In this document: in pieces, positions 54,101 through 62,872 of the stretch
Position numbering within the stretch: the stretch's first letter is position 1
How the letters are laid out: each line of letters begins with the position of its first letter
Assembly (NCBI GenBank): GCA_035498015.1
Contig: DATKAO010000018.1
Location: 1,835-65,834, forward strand
From: Myxococcota bacterium
GTDB taxonomy: Bacteria > Myxococcota_A > UBA9160 > SZUA-336
Direction: 5' to 3'
DNA length: 64,000 nucleotides
Program-made: the position numbers and the translations under genes
Notes under the pieces: model-generated
Databases searched by the model: none
Told to the model about the DNA's origin: nothing
The model's input: the letters and a program-made list of their open reading frames with translations, nothing else

Positions 54101-56086
54101 ATCTCCGCGCTGACCGTGCTGGGTCCTGCCGGTGTGGCGCCGCAGGGCTCGACCCTGGTGATCGAGCCCGGTCAGAACCTGCCTGCCGGGATCTCCACGG
54201 AGGACATCGTGATCACGGCGGGCGGCAAGGTCGGTGGCAGTGACGCGCTCGTGCCGGCGGTGTTCCGAACGCTGCAAGTGACTCACGACGACGCGGGCAA
54301 GGTCTCGACCCGGGTCGATCCCGCGCGCGGCGAGCTCCTGGTGCTCGATCCGAGCCTGGTGTGGACCTCGTCGGCATCGGCGCCTTCTGGGCTCTCTGCC
54401 ACGGCGCACATCGTGCAGTCACGCGCGAGTCCCGACATCGACGGACGCGGTGGCGCGGTCTTCAACTACGCGGACTACTACACGACCTGCCGCTCCGGCG
54501 CCGCCTGCCGCATGCAGGACCCGGTGAACGTGGACCCGAACGGCGTGCCGCTTCCGACCACGCTCCGGGGAACCGGCCCGACTCACTCCGACAACCCGTC
54601 GCCTGCCCTCTTGCTCGCGTACGGCGGATACCACCGGATCGGCTTCGATCTCGCCGAGTCGGCCACCGTGTGGAGTGGGAAGAACGTCGTCGACCTGCAG
54701 CTCAAGGCGCAGAACACCTCGGCTACGGACCTGACTCAGATCGTCGTGCCGTACGGCAACGCCACGTTCGGCGCAGGTACCGAGACACTCGTCGACCACC
54801 AGCTCGGGTCCCCGGTCAACGTGGAGCTTCCGGACGATCCGGGCGCCGGCATGAACGTGAGTGGTCCGGGCCGGGCGCGCATGCTCGTCGGCGTTGCGCC
54901 GCACGTGGATCCGATCGAGGGCTTCGAAGGCCCGCTTGCGGCGCTCGTGCCTGCGCCCGTCGACCCGCAGGACGACGGGATCCGGCTCGCGGACTGGACC
55001 GGGAGCGCGGAGTCATTCACGGGTCTGGACGAGCGCGGGAAGCTGCCGGGCACCGGCGACGGTGTCCTGACCGCGAGCGAGGCGCCCTGGGTGCCGACCG
55101 CGAAGGCGCTCGACGGCACCGCGCTCGCCCCGGGCAGCGCGGGAAGGCTCGAGCTCGACGACGTCGGTGGCGGGGCACTGGGGTCCGTCGCCGAGCCGCT
55201 GATTCTGGGGCTGCTCACGTCCGGTAACGCGAGCAACGCGGCACTGGCGCGCGGGGGTGCGAGTCTCGAAGTGGTCACTGCGGGTGACGTGCTGATGCAC
55301 CGCTTCGGTGCCGTGGGCGCCATCCAGGGCGGCGACCTCAGCGTCACGAGCGTGGCGGGTCAGATCACCGCCACGCAGCCGCCGTCGACTTACACGCGCC
55401 AGCGCGGCTTCCTGACGATGAACGCCGAGGGCTCCACGAACGAGCCCGAGGGCGGCGGGAAGATCTCGCTCGACGCGAGCGGCGACGTCGACACCGGCGG
55501 CTCGGCCGTGGCGACGCTCTCGTCGTCGGACATCGCCATCACGACGCGGACCGGCTCCATCACCGCCGGGCACGGCGAGAAGTTCGAGATTCGGGGCATC
55601 GGCTACGACCCGGTCACAGGGACTCCCCAGATCTCGTACGCGGGTGCCGGCTTCTTCGCGTCCGGCGACGGCAACGTCAAGCTGACCGCGCGGAAGGACA
55701 TCAACCTCGGGGCGGGCATCCGGGCGCAGGGCATCCAGCTCACCGCCGGCGGGAACATCACGGCGGGCACGGGCTCTGCGCAGGCGTCGACGATCTCGAT
55801 CGACGCCGGCGGAACCATCAGCGGTCACATGTCGGCGACCAGCATCAGCATCGGCAGCGGAACGGTCTCGTCGGGAGCCACGCTCACGGCCGGCGTCGTG
55901 TCTGGAGCGGGCGGGTCCGTGTCCAATACCGGCGCGAATCAAGTGAGCGCAGGCAGCGTGCTCTCGGGCTCGAGCCCGCAGGCGGGCTCGATCACAGAGA
56001 CGGCCGCGGGCGCGGCTCAATCGGGCCTGCGCAGCGTGATCATCGACATCAGCTCACGCCCCTGCGAATCGCAAGAGTGCCGCTAG
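51107..56086 (+). CDS. two-partner-secretion exoprotein (TpsA, filamentous-haemagglutinin family)
   Basis: GTG start overlapping the TolA-like gene by 14 nt. Signal peptide, then a TPS/haemagglutination-activity domain (NPAGGVVQGGAATISGQG...LINPNGILFGQGAVVNVGGLAAATN), followed by about 1400 aa of beta-helical-type Gly/Thr/Val-rich repeats. Confidence 0.85.
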   Translation: MVRVSQQLLSVLLSGLIAGLGPASALANPAGGVVQGGAATISGQGTSNVTINQTSNSAVLSWQSFNIAPGESTNFVQPSARALALNRILDGQASQILGNLNANGRVYLINPNGILFGQGAVVNVGGLAAATNAQVTNLVNAQVDAAASAQGAPGASITNQGRINVAPGGDVYLVGAKVENSTTGVIHVDGGTVTVASGATLTLAGEDGVAVEYQVPTTPDNTAVNLGQILADKGTADIRAAVVRQGAAQASAAVEIDGQIVLVGDSVRVAGDTATDNGKVGVTALNGDVEIAAGGNVRSNTGDIAVTAGRDVTFTSTDRAHDSVIETGSGNIDVVAERDVNLQPNVNAAGNTAIRTRGIDVEQPDGTVVHEKGDGGNVVVIAKTGNVNAGTADRWVDSVPPLERTAFGTFGLDYPKNFDPLPVDPRGILGIGSEAGGNVTVIAGGNVATRRTDVNVTRTGGSATALPPSDPDAPLPFDYDGSHIGVFGQAYTTLELPPFAFPVNSLRIPVANAPKAKLTVIAGGDITGDYMIRNGTATLRAGYALAPDALPQVAADPGALAAIEASSNHADPTSQFHFSDAATADPSRGWLGSLGSPLTLDMVFASVDGRGANGVALRAAENPSLVYPSSNINANGTAKLPTYGEDDTLALDAERGDVVLLGTDTVLREAGSTATTTPNPFVLMLPPSVSIATHDFTRNVGSEVESRSGDLVILNDFQMLPSEQGGLSLNVAGEVRTAGVAASGKAKVQIDVQSFGASGDQSFTLLPGLKLRDTANGAEYTLDGQISMQPRLPPTPAQGSVQFNISPDALAHGITIPKGTVVVAQNGTRYTTDRELVIPPPAQRPRQTQVVLTLAQAPSGPVTVAATAKLVGPDGALYNLDQAVNFKAGQTSALVTVTAQQGGGKDLRPGQLQLAAPVAEFPGLTATNITISTRKAITAVTVTAEDTGLDGNSLPRRVAGLETPIPGVISVTNSSALSNGSDLAEFGKVVGGGVSLPTISALTVLGPAGVAPQGSTLVIEPGQNLPAGISTEDIVITAGGKVGGSDALVPAVFRTLQVTHDDAGKVSTRVDPARGELLVLDPSLVWTSSASAPSGLSATAHIVQSRASPDIDGRGGAVFNYADYYTTCRSGAACRMQDPVNVDPNGVPLPTTLRGTGPTHSDNPSPALLLAYGGYHRIGFDLAESATVWSGKNVVDLQLKAQNTSATDLTQIVVPYGNATFGAGTETLVDHQLGSPVNVELPDDPGAGMNVSGPGRARMLVGVAPHVDPIEGFEGPLAALVPAPVDPQDDGIRLADWTGSAESFTGLDERGKLPGTGDGVLTASEAPWVPTAKALDGTALAPGSAGRLELDDVGGGALGSVAEPLILGLLTSGNASNAALARGGASLEVVTAGDVLMHRFGAVGAIQGGDLSVTSVAGQITATQPPSTYTRQRGFLTMNAEGSTNEPEGGGKISLDASGDVDTGGSAVATLSSSDIAITTRTGSITAGHGEKFEIRGIGYDPVTGTPQISYAGAGFFASGDGNVKLTARKDINLGAGIRAQGIQLTAGGNITAGTGSAQASTISIDAGGTISGHMSATSISIGSGTVSSGATLTAGVVSGAGGSVSNTGANQVSAGSVLSGSSPQAGSITETAAGAAQSGLRSVIIDISSRPCESQECR

Positions 56087-56265
56087 CGGGGCTTCCGCGT
56101 CGGAAGCAAAGCAAAAGCGACGGTTTTGTGAGTGCCGATGCCCGTTTTATGGAGATTCGCGTAACCCAGTTCCGCAGTGAATTCGCCCGCTTATACTGCC
56201 CGCGATCCAAAAAAGTGTAGATCGTTCTGCTTCGCGTGTTGGCCTTAATCCTTGGAGGGAATGAA

Positions 56266-56979
56266 ATGCATCGCAACTTGTCCCCCTGGCTCCGGAGGGG
56301 CGTCGTGGCCGTGGCAGGCTTCGCGCTCTTGTTCGGGGCCTCGCTCAGCGCTCGAGCGGGCTCGCTCGTCGGCGTATACCAGAAGAACGGCTTCGAGTAT
56401 CTCGTGAACCTGGGCACCGGCGTCGGGCCACTCACTTACGACGCGAACATCACCGAGTTCGGAGGCTCCACCGCCGGTGCGCTCTTCAGCGTCGTCGGCG
56501 TCGTCGACCGCAACCTGGTGGATGACTTCGGAAGCGCGATCGGCAACATCGAGTACAGCAAGACCGGCTCGCCAGGCTCGCTCAGCGACGACGCGATCCT
56601 CACGGCGGGAACCCGCGTCGCGGGCTTCGGCACTTCGGACTCGTGGTTCGACCTGATCCCGGCGATCGCCAACGGCGCGCCCGGGACTCACACCACGATT
56701 CCCAACAACCTCGTCAACTCCTTCGCGGTGCGAGTCGACAACACCTTCTTCGGCGCCTTCCCCTTCTCGATCGCCGGGACGATCGCAGCCGACGGCACGC
56801 TCACGACCTCGGTGTACCAAGCCATCTCGAGCAGTGACGTCAACGGCACGCCCCAGGTGAACAGCTTGCTCGTGACTCTGCATGTGACACCCACGGGTCT
56901 GGCTCCGGAGCCCATGAGCATGGTGCTGATCGGCGTGGCCCTCGCGGGCGTCGCCGCCGTGCGCCGCCGCTCCGCCTGA
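56266..56979 (+). CDS. PEP-CTERM sorting-signal secreted protein
   Basis: GGAGGG RBS, signal peptide, C-terminal TGLAPEPMSMVLIGVALAGVAAVRRRSA. Confidence 0.7.
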   Translation: MHRNLSPWLRRGVVAVAGFALLFGASLSARAGSLVGVYQKNGFEYLVNLGTGVGPLTYDANITEFGGSTAGALFSVVGVVDRNLVDDFGSAIGNIEYSKTGSPGSLSDDAILTAGTRVAGFGTSDSWFDLIPAIANGAPGTHTTIPNNLVNSFAVRVDNTFFGAFPFSIAGTIAADGTLTTSVYQAISSSDVNGTPQVNSLLVTLHVTPTGLAPEPMSMVLIGVALAGVAAVRRRSA

Positions 56980-57042
56980 TCGCTCGACTCACTTTCCGCA
57001 TCAAGCGAACCCTCTCGTAACCCCTTTGTGGAGAACCTACAG

Positions 57043-58812
57043 ATGACCCTTGCCCGAAAATCGATCAGCTGGGTGATCGCGGCCGGCCTGATGGTCGGCT
57101 TGGCCTCACCCGCCTTTGCCTTGAATCCCTCGACGACCAGTGACGCAGGCACCGATCGCGACGGTCTGCGCACCGGTGGCTGCACCGGCTGCTTCGACGC
57201 GCAGATGCAGGCCGCGATCGCGAGCTTCGCCAGCATCAACCGCGTGTTCCGCATCTGTCAGAAGGGCGCGGCGCTGACCGGCGACAACTGCGACGGCAGC
57301 GGCAACGGCGTCCTGGCTCAGTTCATCGAGCTCCAGGGCGTGCTGCGCAACTCGAGCACCGACCCGCTCGGGCTCGGCGTTCCGGGCGGATCGCCGAACG
57401 ACCCCAACCAGCTCGTGACTTACCGCATCTCCGGCAACGGCTCCGGCAACGGTCTGGCGTGCGCGTCCGGCTCGGGCCCGACCGGGATCGGCTTCATCGC
57501 GCCCGAAGGCTTCGACGGCATTCCGAACACCGCCGACGACGCCGGAGGCAATGGCGTGAACACCTTCGGACAGCCCGGCCCCGGCACCAACAACGGCCTC
57601 CCGGGAGCGACCGGCGACCCCAACGACACCGCGCCGGCGATGACCGCGTGTGACACGAAGCTCCGCAAGTCGGACGGCGCCGCGAACGGCTACGCGTTCA
57701 CGTTCCCCGGGAGCGTCGCCGAGCCCGACACGGCCTATCCCGCGCGACTGACTCAGGAGTTCTGCATCATCAACGTCGACAAGGCTCCCGGCGACAAGCA
57801 GATCCTGAACGATCGCGTCGGCGCTGCGGCACCGGGCGTGATCACCAAGCTCGGTCAGCTCAACGCTGCCAACGAGACCACCAACCTCACCATGTCCTGC
57901 GACACGGGTTTCGCGGATCTTCCGCCGACGGACTTCATCCAGGCCTCGTTGAACACGCTCACGTTCGCGAACCAGGACACGTTCGGCGCGCAGATCTTCA
58001 AGATCGTCGCGAGCAAGGACGTCCACGCGAACGGAACCAACAACAAGAAGGTGCAGCTCGCCAAGCCCCAGATCGAGGGCATCTTCAACGCATGGTCTGG
58101 GCAGACCACCTGCAGCTGGCAGCAGGTCGGCGCTGACTCGGGCACTCACCACGTGGCCGGTCCGCCGCTCTCCGGAACGGACATGAACGTGTGCTACCGC
58201 GCGCTCGGCTCGGGCACGCGAGAGGTGTTCCGCAACACGTGGGACGCGAATACCAAGGGCGATGCCAACCAGGGCCAGGGCAGCACGGTGGGCATCACGA
58301 ACACCTGCGCTCAGCGGCTGGGCTCGATCACCGCGCCGGCGAACACGCCGTTCCGCAAGACTCTGATCGAGAACGGTGGAACGAACGACGTGAAGACGTG
58401 CGTGAGCACCAACCTGGGCGCAGTCGGCTACGTCGACGGGTTCATCAATACGGATCCCGCCAATCCCCTCTTCTATGGGGTTCCCGTCGACGGCGTGGAC
58501 CCGGACACGAACGACCTGAAGCTGCTCACTCGCTGCGGCCTCTACCGGTACTGGGGCCCGCTCGCGGGCGGCACCGGCGGTCGCCTGGGTGGCATCGCCA
58601 CGGATCCCAAGACGGGTCACCGCTTCGCGATGAAGGTGGCGCAGATCTTCGTGACCAACGAGTCATATCTGCCCTCGAACGGCCTGAACTACAACAAGAC
58701 CGCAACCGACGGCGCGAGCGTCACTCAGTTCGTCTCGCCGGCGTTCCCCGCGGCCGATGCGTGCCCCGGGTCGATCAACCCGCCCGGCACCATTCCCGGT
58801 GTCGCTCCGTGA
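57043..58812 (+). CDS. secreted Gly/Asn-rich protein with a C-terminal PstS/PBP-like (phosphate-binding-type) domain
   Basis: Signal peptide MTLARKSISWVIAAGLMVGLASPAFA. CYRALGSGTREVFRNTW resembles the SGSGT motif of phosphate-binding PBP_like_2 proteins. Followed by a strong terminator. Confidence 0.45.
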   Translation: MTLARKSISWVIAAGLMVGLASPAFALNPSTTSDAGTDRDGLRTGGCTGCFDAQMQAAIASFASINRVFRICQKGAALTGDNCDGSGNGVLAQFIELQGVLRNSSTDPLGLGVPGGSPNDPNQLVTYRISGNGSGNGLACASGSGPTGIGFIAPEGFDGIPNTADDAGGNGVNTFGQPGPGTNNGLPGATGDPNDTAPAMTACDTKLRKSDGAANGYAFTFPGSVAEPDTAYPARLTQEFCIINVDKAPGDKQILNDRVGAAAPGVITKLGQLNAANETTNLTMSCDTGFADLPPTDFIQASLNTLTFANQDTFGAQIFKIVASKDVHANGTNNKKVQLAKPQIEGIFNAWSGQTTCSWQQVGADSGTHHVAGPPLSGTDMNVCYRALGSGTREVFRNTWDANTKGDANQGQGSTVGITNTCAQRLGSITAPANTPFRKTLIENGGTNDVKTCVSTNLGAVGYVDGFINTDPANPLFYGVPVDGVDPDTNDLKLLTRCGLYRYWGPLAGGTGGRLGGIATDPKTGHRFAMKVAQIFVTNESYLPSNGLNYNKTATDGASVTQFVSPAFPAADACPGSINPPGTIPGVAP

Positions 58813-58853
58813 TGTCTGAGACACACAGGCTCTAAAGAGAGCCTGGGCACTTC

Positions 58854-58897
58854 GGGGGCCTGGATCCGATTGCGGATCCAGGCCCCCTTCGCTTTTG
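58854..58897 (+). terminator. rho-independent terminator
   Basis: 14-bp perfect stem GGGGGCCTGGATCC / GGATCCAGGCCCCC with a 6-nt loop, followed by TTCGCTTTTG. A second 8-bp hairpin CAGGCTCTaaagAGAGCCTG lies at 58826..58845. Confidence 0.7.
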
Positions 58898-59005
58898 AAT
58901 CTCACGGTTCCTTCGCGAACGCGGAGAGACTCACACGCAACCTTCACAGAACCGAGAGATCTCCTTCACGAGAGCGCTACAGAGCAGGTGCTAGGTTGCC
59001 TGGGG

Positions 59006-60859
59006 ATGCGGGGCCGGGAGCTCATTGCAGTTCTATTTGTCGTGGTGTCGTTCGCGCTCGCCCGGACGGCGAGCGCCGACGACGCCGGTGCGTCGACGTT
59101 CGCCTCGGGTGAGCGTCTGTACCGCACGCGCAAGTGGACGATGGACGAGATCCCGGTGCCGGCGCGACCCGTGGCGCGAGCTGCGCCCGAGGTCAAGGCT
59201 CCGAACGGCCCGGTCTTCGCGATCCGCCGCTTCGAGATCGTCGGAAACACTCTTCTGCCCAGGGACGAGGTCGACAAGACGCTCGCGCCCTACGTGACTC
59301 CCAAGGCGACCTTCGACACGATCGAGCAAGCGCGCGACGCGCTGCAGCAGCGCTACGCGAGCGACGGCTTCATCGCGGTGGCGGTCGGCGTGCCACCGCA
59401 GACCGTCGAGAGCGGGAGCGTGCGCCTCGACGTGGCCGAGGCGCGCATCGGCAACGTCACGGTCGAGAACGAAGGCCAGCGCTGGATCTCCGACGCACGC
59501 GTCCGTGCGCTGACTCCTCACATCCAGTCCGGCGCGATCCTGCGCGAGTCGGACCTGCGCCAGGACCTGACCGCGGCCAACACGAGCGCCGATCGCATCA
59601 TCCGGCCGGTGCTGACCGCGGGCAAGCAGCCGGGGATCGTCGACGTGAAGCTGATCGTCGACGACCAGGCGCCCGTGCACGCCTCGGTGAATCTCGACAA
59701 CGACCGCACCCCGGGATCGCCTCACTCCCGCCTCGAGACGAACTTCAACTACAACAACCTCTGGGACCTCGACCACGCGCTGGGTCTCACCTACATCACG
59801 TCTCCCACCGACTCCAGCGCGGTGCTGATCGGCACCGCCAACTACAGCGCGCCGATGCCCTGGAACCCGAACGAGCAGCTCATGGGTTACTGGGCCTACT
59901 CGGACACGTTCAGCAACGTGCCGCTGGTCCCGGGTCTGGGCAGCCTCGGCAACGGGCAGAGCTTCGGCCTGCGCTACAACGTCGCGGCGCCGGATTTCTC
60001 GGTCTGGGAGAAGCCGGTACGCGCCGGAATCACCGCGGGCGTCGACTACAAGGACATCCACAGCACGCTGCGGCAGGACTCGAACGACCCGAACCAGTCG
60101 GGCGCCGAGATCAAGACCCCGATCCGCTACCTCCCGTTCCTGCTCAACCTGTGGACGAGCTACACCGGCCGCGACGACTTCCTGGCCGCGTCGGTCGGCG
60201 ATCACTGGAACTACGCAGGGCTCGTCTCGGGCGGCAGCAGCGACGACTTCCGCGCGAATCGCTCCGCGAACAACGTGGATGGCAACTACCACGTCATGGT
60301 GTGGACCGCCGACTGGCGGCACCGGCTCTCGATGGCCGACGGCGAGAGCTGGCTGGCCAACCTGAGTCAGTCGGCGCTCGGTCCGCTATGGCCGCACACG
60401 GGCATCCCTCCCGAAGCGATCGGCTTGTTCGACGACTGGGCGCTCAGCGTGCACGTCAACGGCCAGCTCGCGAGTCAGCCGCTGATTCCCACCGAGCAGT
60501 ACGCCGCGGGCGGCGTGAGCAGCGTGCGCGGCTACCTGCAGAGCGAGATCTTCGGCGACTCCGCCTGGGCTTTCAACATCGAGCTCTGGACGCGCCGTTA
60601 CTCGTTCCCGATCGGCGCGGCCGGCTATCCGTTCGACCTGCGGCCCTCGGCGTTCTGGGACCACGCCTGCATGCACAACCTCGATCCCGGCGAAGGCGAG
60701 AAGTCGGGTCAGTGCATGTCCTCGGTCGGTCTGGGGCTGCAGCTCGCGGTCACACGCTGGTTCACGGGTCAGCTTTATCTCGCCGACCCGCTCGACACCA
60801 CCCCCAATACGACGGCCGGCAACGTCCGGCTCCATTTCCGCCTGACGGGCGGCTTCTGA
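59006..60859 (+). CDS. TPS outer-membrane transporter (TpsB; ShlB/FhaC/HecB family)
   Basis: Signal peptide from the ATG at 59006 (within ORF 58895..60859). POTRA region FAIRRFEIVGNTLLPRDEVDKTL...RLDVAEARIGNVTVEN, C-terminal beta-barrel ending RLTGGF. Confidence 0.8.
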   Translation: MRGRELIAVLFVVVSFALARTASADDAGASTFASGERLYRTRKWTMDEIPVPARPVARAAPEVKAPNGPVFAIRRFEIVGNTLLPRDEVDKTLAPYVTPKATFDTIEQARDALQQRYASDGFIAVAVGVPPQTVESGSVRLDVAEARIGNVTVENEGQRWISDARVRALTPHIQSGAILRESDLRQDLTAANTSADRIIRPVLTAGKQPGIVDVKLIVDDQAPVHASVNLDNDRTPGSPHSRLETNFNYNNLWDLDHALGLTYITSPTDSSAVLIGTANYSAPMPWNPNEQLMGYWAYSDTFSNVPLVPGLGSLGNGQSFGLRYNVAAPDFSVWEKPVRAGITAGVDYKDIHSTLRQDSNDPNQSGAEIKTPIRYLPFLLNLWTSYTGRDDFLAASVGDHWNYAGLVSGGSSDDFRANRSANNVDGNYHVMVWTADWRHRLSMADGESWLANLSQSALGPLWPHTGIPPEAIGLFDDWALSVHVNGQLASQPLIPTEQYAAGGVSSVRGYLQSEIFGDSAWAFNIELWTRRYSFPIGAAGYPFDLRPSAFWDHACMHNLDPGEGEKSGQCMSSVGLGLQLAVTRWFTGQLYLADPLDTTPNTTAGNVRLHFRLTGGF

Positions 60860-60872
60860 TCTCGGAGGACCC

Positions 60873-62459
60873 ATGCACCACCGCGCCGCCCGATGCCTCT
60901 CTTTGGCCGCCGTTGTGACACTGTACTGTGTCACAGGCATCGCCTTCGCCGACGATGCGCAGCCTCCGAAGCCCTCCGACGCCGCGGCCGGCATGCTCGA
61001 TGCGATGCGCGAGAAGGGCATCATCACCGAGGCCGAGTACGAGGATCTCTACAAACGCCAGGCCCTGTACGAGATGGAGCAGAAGGAGGCCTCGGCGCTG
61101 CCCGCCTGGCTGCGCGACTGGACCTTCGGCGGTGACGCCGGCGTGCGCTTCGACGAAGTCGACCGCGGCGGCAAGATCAAGCTGAACAAGCCGCTCTTCT
61201 CGAGCCAGGACCCGGTGAATCTCACCGACGGGACCGCGAGCGCGAAGCGCGACCGCTTCCGCTTCCGGCTGCGGCTCGGCGCCGAGCGCAAGCTCGGCGA
61301 CGATTTCCTGGTCGGCTTCCGGATCGCCACGGCCCAGGCCAGCGCCTTCGGCGTCGACGCGAGCAGCCAGAACACGCTCGGCGTCAACTTCTCGCGCCGC
61401 TTCAACACGGACCCCCGGTCCGCGTGGGTGACGGCGGGTGACTACTTCGCGCCGAAGGGCATTGCGGTCGACCGGATCTACATCCAGTGGGCGCCGCACC
61501 TCGTCGACGGCCTCTCCTTCCAGGTCGGCAAGATGGAGAACGCTTTCTGGTCGCGTGACTTCTCCGGCGACATCATGGTCTGGGACCACGACATCAGCCC
61601 CGAGGGCGGGCTGATCCAGTACGGCCACAGCTTCTTCGGCGAGCGAATGTGGGTGCACGTGCGCGGGTCGTACTTCCAGGTCGACGAGGTCCCGAACGCG
61701 ACCATCCCGGGTCCGCTGCCCGCCACCGACGGCAGCTCGACCTTCCCGCCCGACGTGGACGAGAAGGACCCGTTCATGTACGCGGCACAGGTCGATTTCT
61801 CGGGCGACGTGACTCCCTGGCTGCGCGCAGGTGCGCGCGTGTCCTACTACGACGTGAAGGACGTGAACATGCGGTTTGCCGCCGCGAGCGAGGATCTCGG
61901 AAACGGCGGCGCGTCGATCAAGAACAACCCGCTGCTCGCGATCTTCACGCCGGCGCTCACCGACGGCCGCTCGCGGGGTGAGATGCGCGAGATCGTCTAC
62001 GACATGTTCATGAAGTTCACGCCCTGGGAAGGCTGGTCGCTCACGCCGTGGTTCCAGCTCACGCACATGTTCGAGGTGTCGAGCGAGAACTACGGCTACG
62101 ACACCGGCTTCGACCTCCTCGCGCCCACCAATACCAAGCTCACCTTCATGTGGGCGTCGATGCCGAGGAACGGGACGATGGCGGTGTTCACCGACTCCGA
62201 CTTCTTCGACGGCTACACGAACGCGCGCGGCTGGGGGCTCAGCCTGGAGCAGGCGATCAACCGCTGGGTGTCGCTGCGCGGCAGCTATCTCTCGTCCACC
62301 GAGCGCAGCAAGAACTGCGGCGCTTTCGAAGGCTCGGGAGCGAGCCAGCTCTGTGACACCGCCTTCTGGGGAGGCACCCCACCTTCCGCGCTCGGCAACT
62401 TCCGCCGCCAGGTCCTCGACCGGGATCGCATCCTGGTCGACCTCTTGGTCAAGTTCTGA
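60873..62459 (+). CDS. outer-membrane beta-barrel (putative porin)
   Basis: Signal peptide, alternating amphipathic strands, C-terminal ...LLVKF (terminal Phe). Confidence 0.5.
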   Translation: MHHRAARCLSLAAVVTLYCVTGIAFADDAQPPKPSDAAAGMLDAMREKGIITEAEYEDLYKRQALYEMEQKEASALPAWLRDWTFGGDAGVRFDEVDRGGKIKLNKPLFSSQDPVNLTDGTASAKRDRFRFRLRLGAERKLGDDFLVGFRIATAQASAFGVDASSQNTLGVNFSRRFNTDPRSAWVTAGDYFAPKGIAVDRIYIQWAPHLVDGLSFQVGKMENAFWSRDFSGDIMVWDHDISPEGGLIQYGHSFFGERMWVHVRGSYFQVDEVPNATIPGPLPATDGSSTFPPDVDEKDPFMYAAQVDFSGDVTPWLRAGARVSYYDVKDVNMRFAAASEDLGNGGASIKNNPLLAIFTPALTDGRSRGEMREIVYDMFMKFTPWEGWSLTPWFQLTHMFEVSSENYGYDTGFDLLAPTNTKLTFMWASMPRNGTMAVFTDSDFFDGYTNARGWGLSLEQAINRWVSLRGSYLSSTERSKNCGAFEGSGASQLCDTAFWGGTPPSALGNFRRQVLDRDRILVDLLVKF

Positions 62460-62464
62460 CTCCC

Positions 62465-62872
62465 GTGCGAACGCTGGCAGTCACACTCGCGTTCGCGCTG
62501 ACTCTCGCGAGCTCGCTCTCGTGCAAGCCCGAGGACCCGGCCCCGCTCGAAGCCGAGCGCGCGAAGCTTTTGGAGAGCACGGTCCCGAAGGACGACTACT
62601 GGCGCGAGGTCGAGCGCAAAGGAAGCGCGCTCAAGACCCAGAAGGCCGCGGCTCAGCGCAGCGCGCGCGCCGCCGCGGACCGAGCGCAGATCGAGCCCGC
62701 CATCGAGCAGATGCGCAAGGCGCTTGCCGACGCCAAGCAAGTCAATGCGCAGGTCGAGGAGCAGGTCGCCGGCCTGGACGCGCAGAGCAAGAAGCTGCAC
62801 GCGCGCCAGCAGGAGCTGGAGAGCTATCTCGCGCGCACCGGTCCGCCCGACGTCGGGGCCAAGAAGCCGTGA
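62465..62872 (+). CDS. coiled-coil lipoprotein
   Basis: GTG start. Lipobox LASSLSC, then coiled-coil-forming Ala/Gln/Lys/Glu-rich sequence. Confidence 0.5.
   Translation: MRTLAVTLAFALTLASSLSCKPEDPAPLEAERAKLLESTVPKDDYWREVERKGSALKTQKAAAQRSARAAADRAQIEPAIEQMRKALADAKQVNAQVEEQVAGLDAQSKKLHARQQELESYLARTGPPDVGAKKP

Noticed and set aside
51107-56086. TpsA as a contact-dependent-inhibition (CdiA) toxin
   Set aside because: No VENN/pretoxin motif and no distinct C-terminal toxin domain with a small immunity gene following. The downstream genes are a PEP-CTERM protein and a PstS-like protein.
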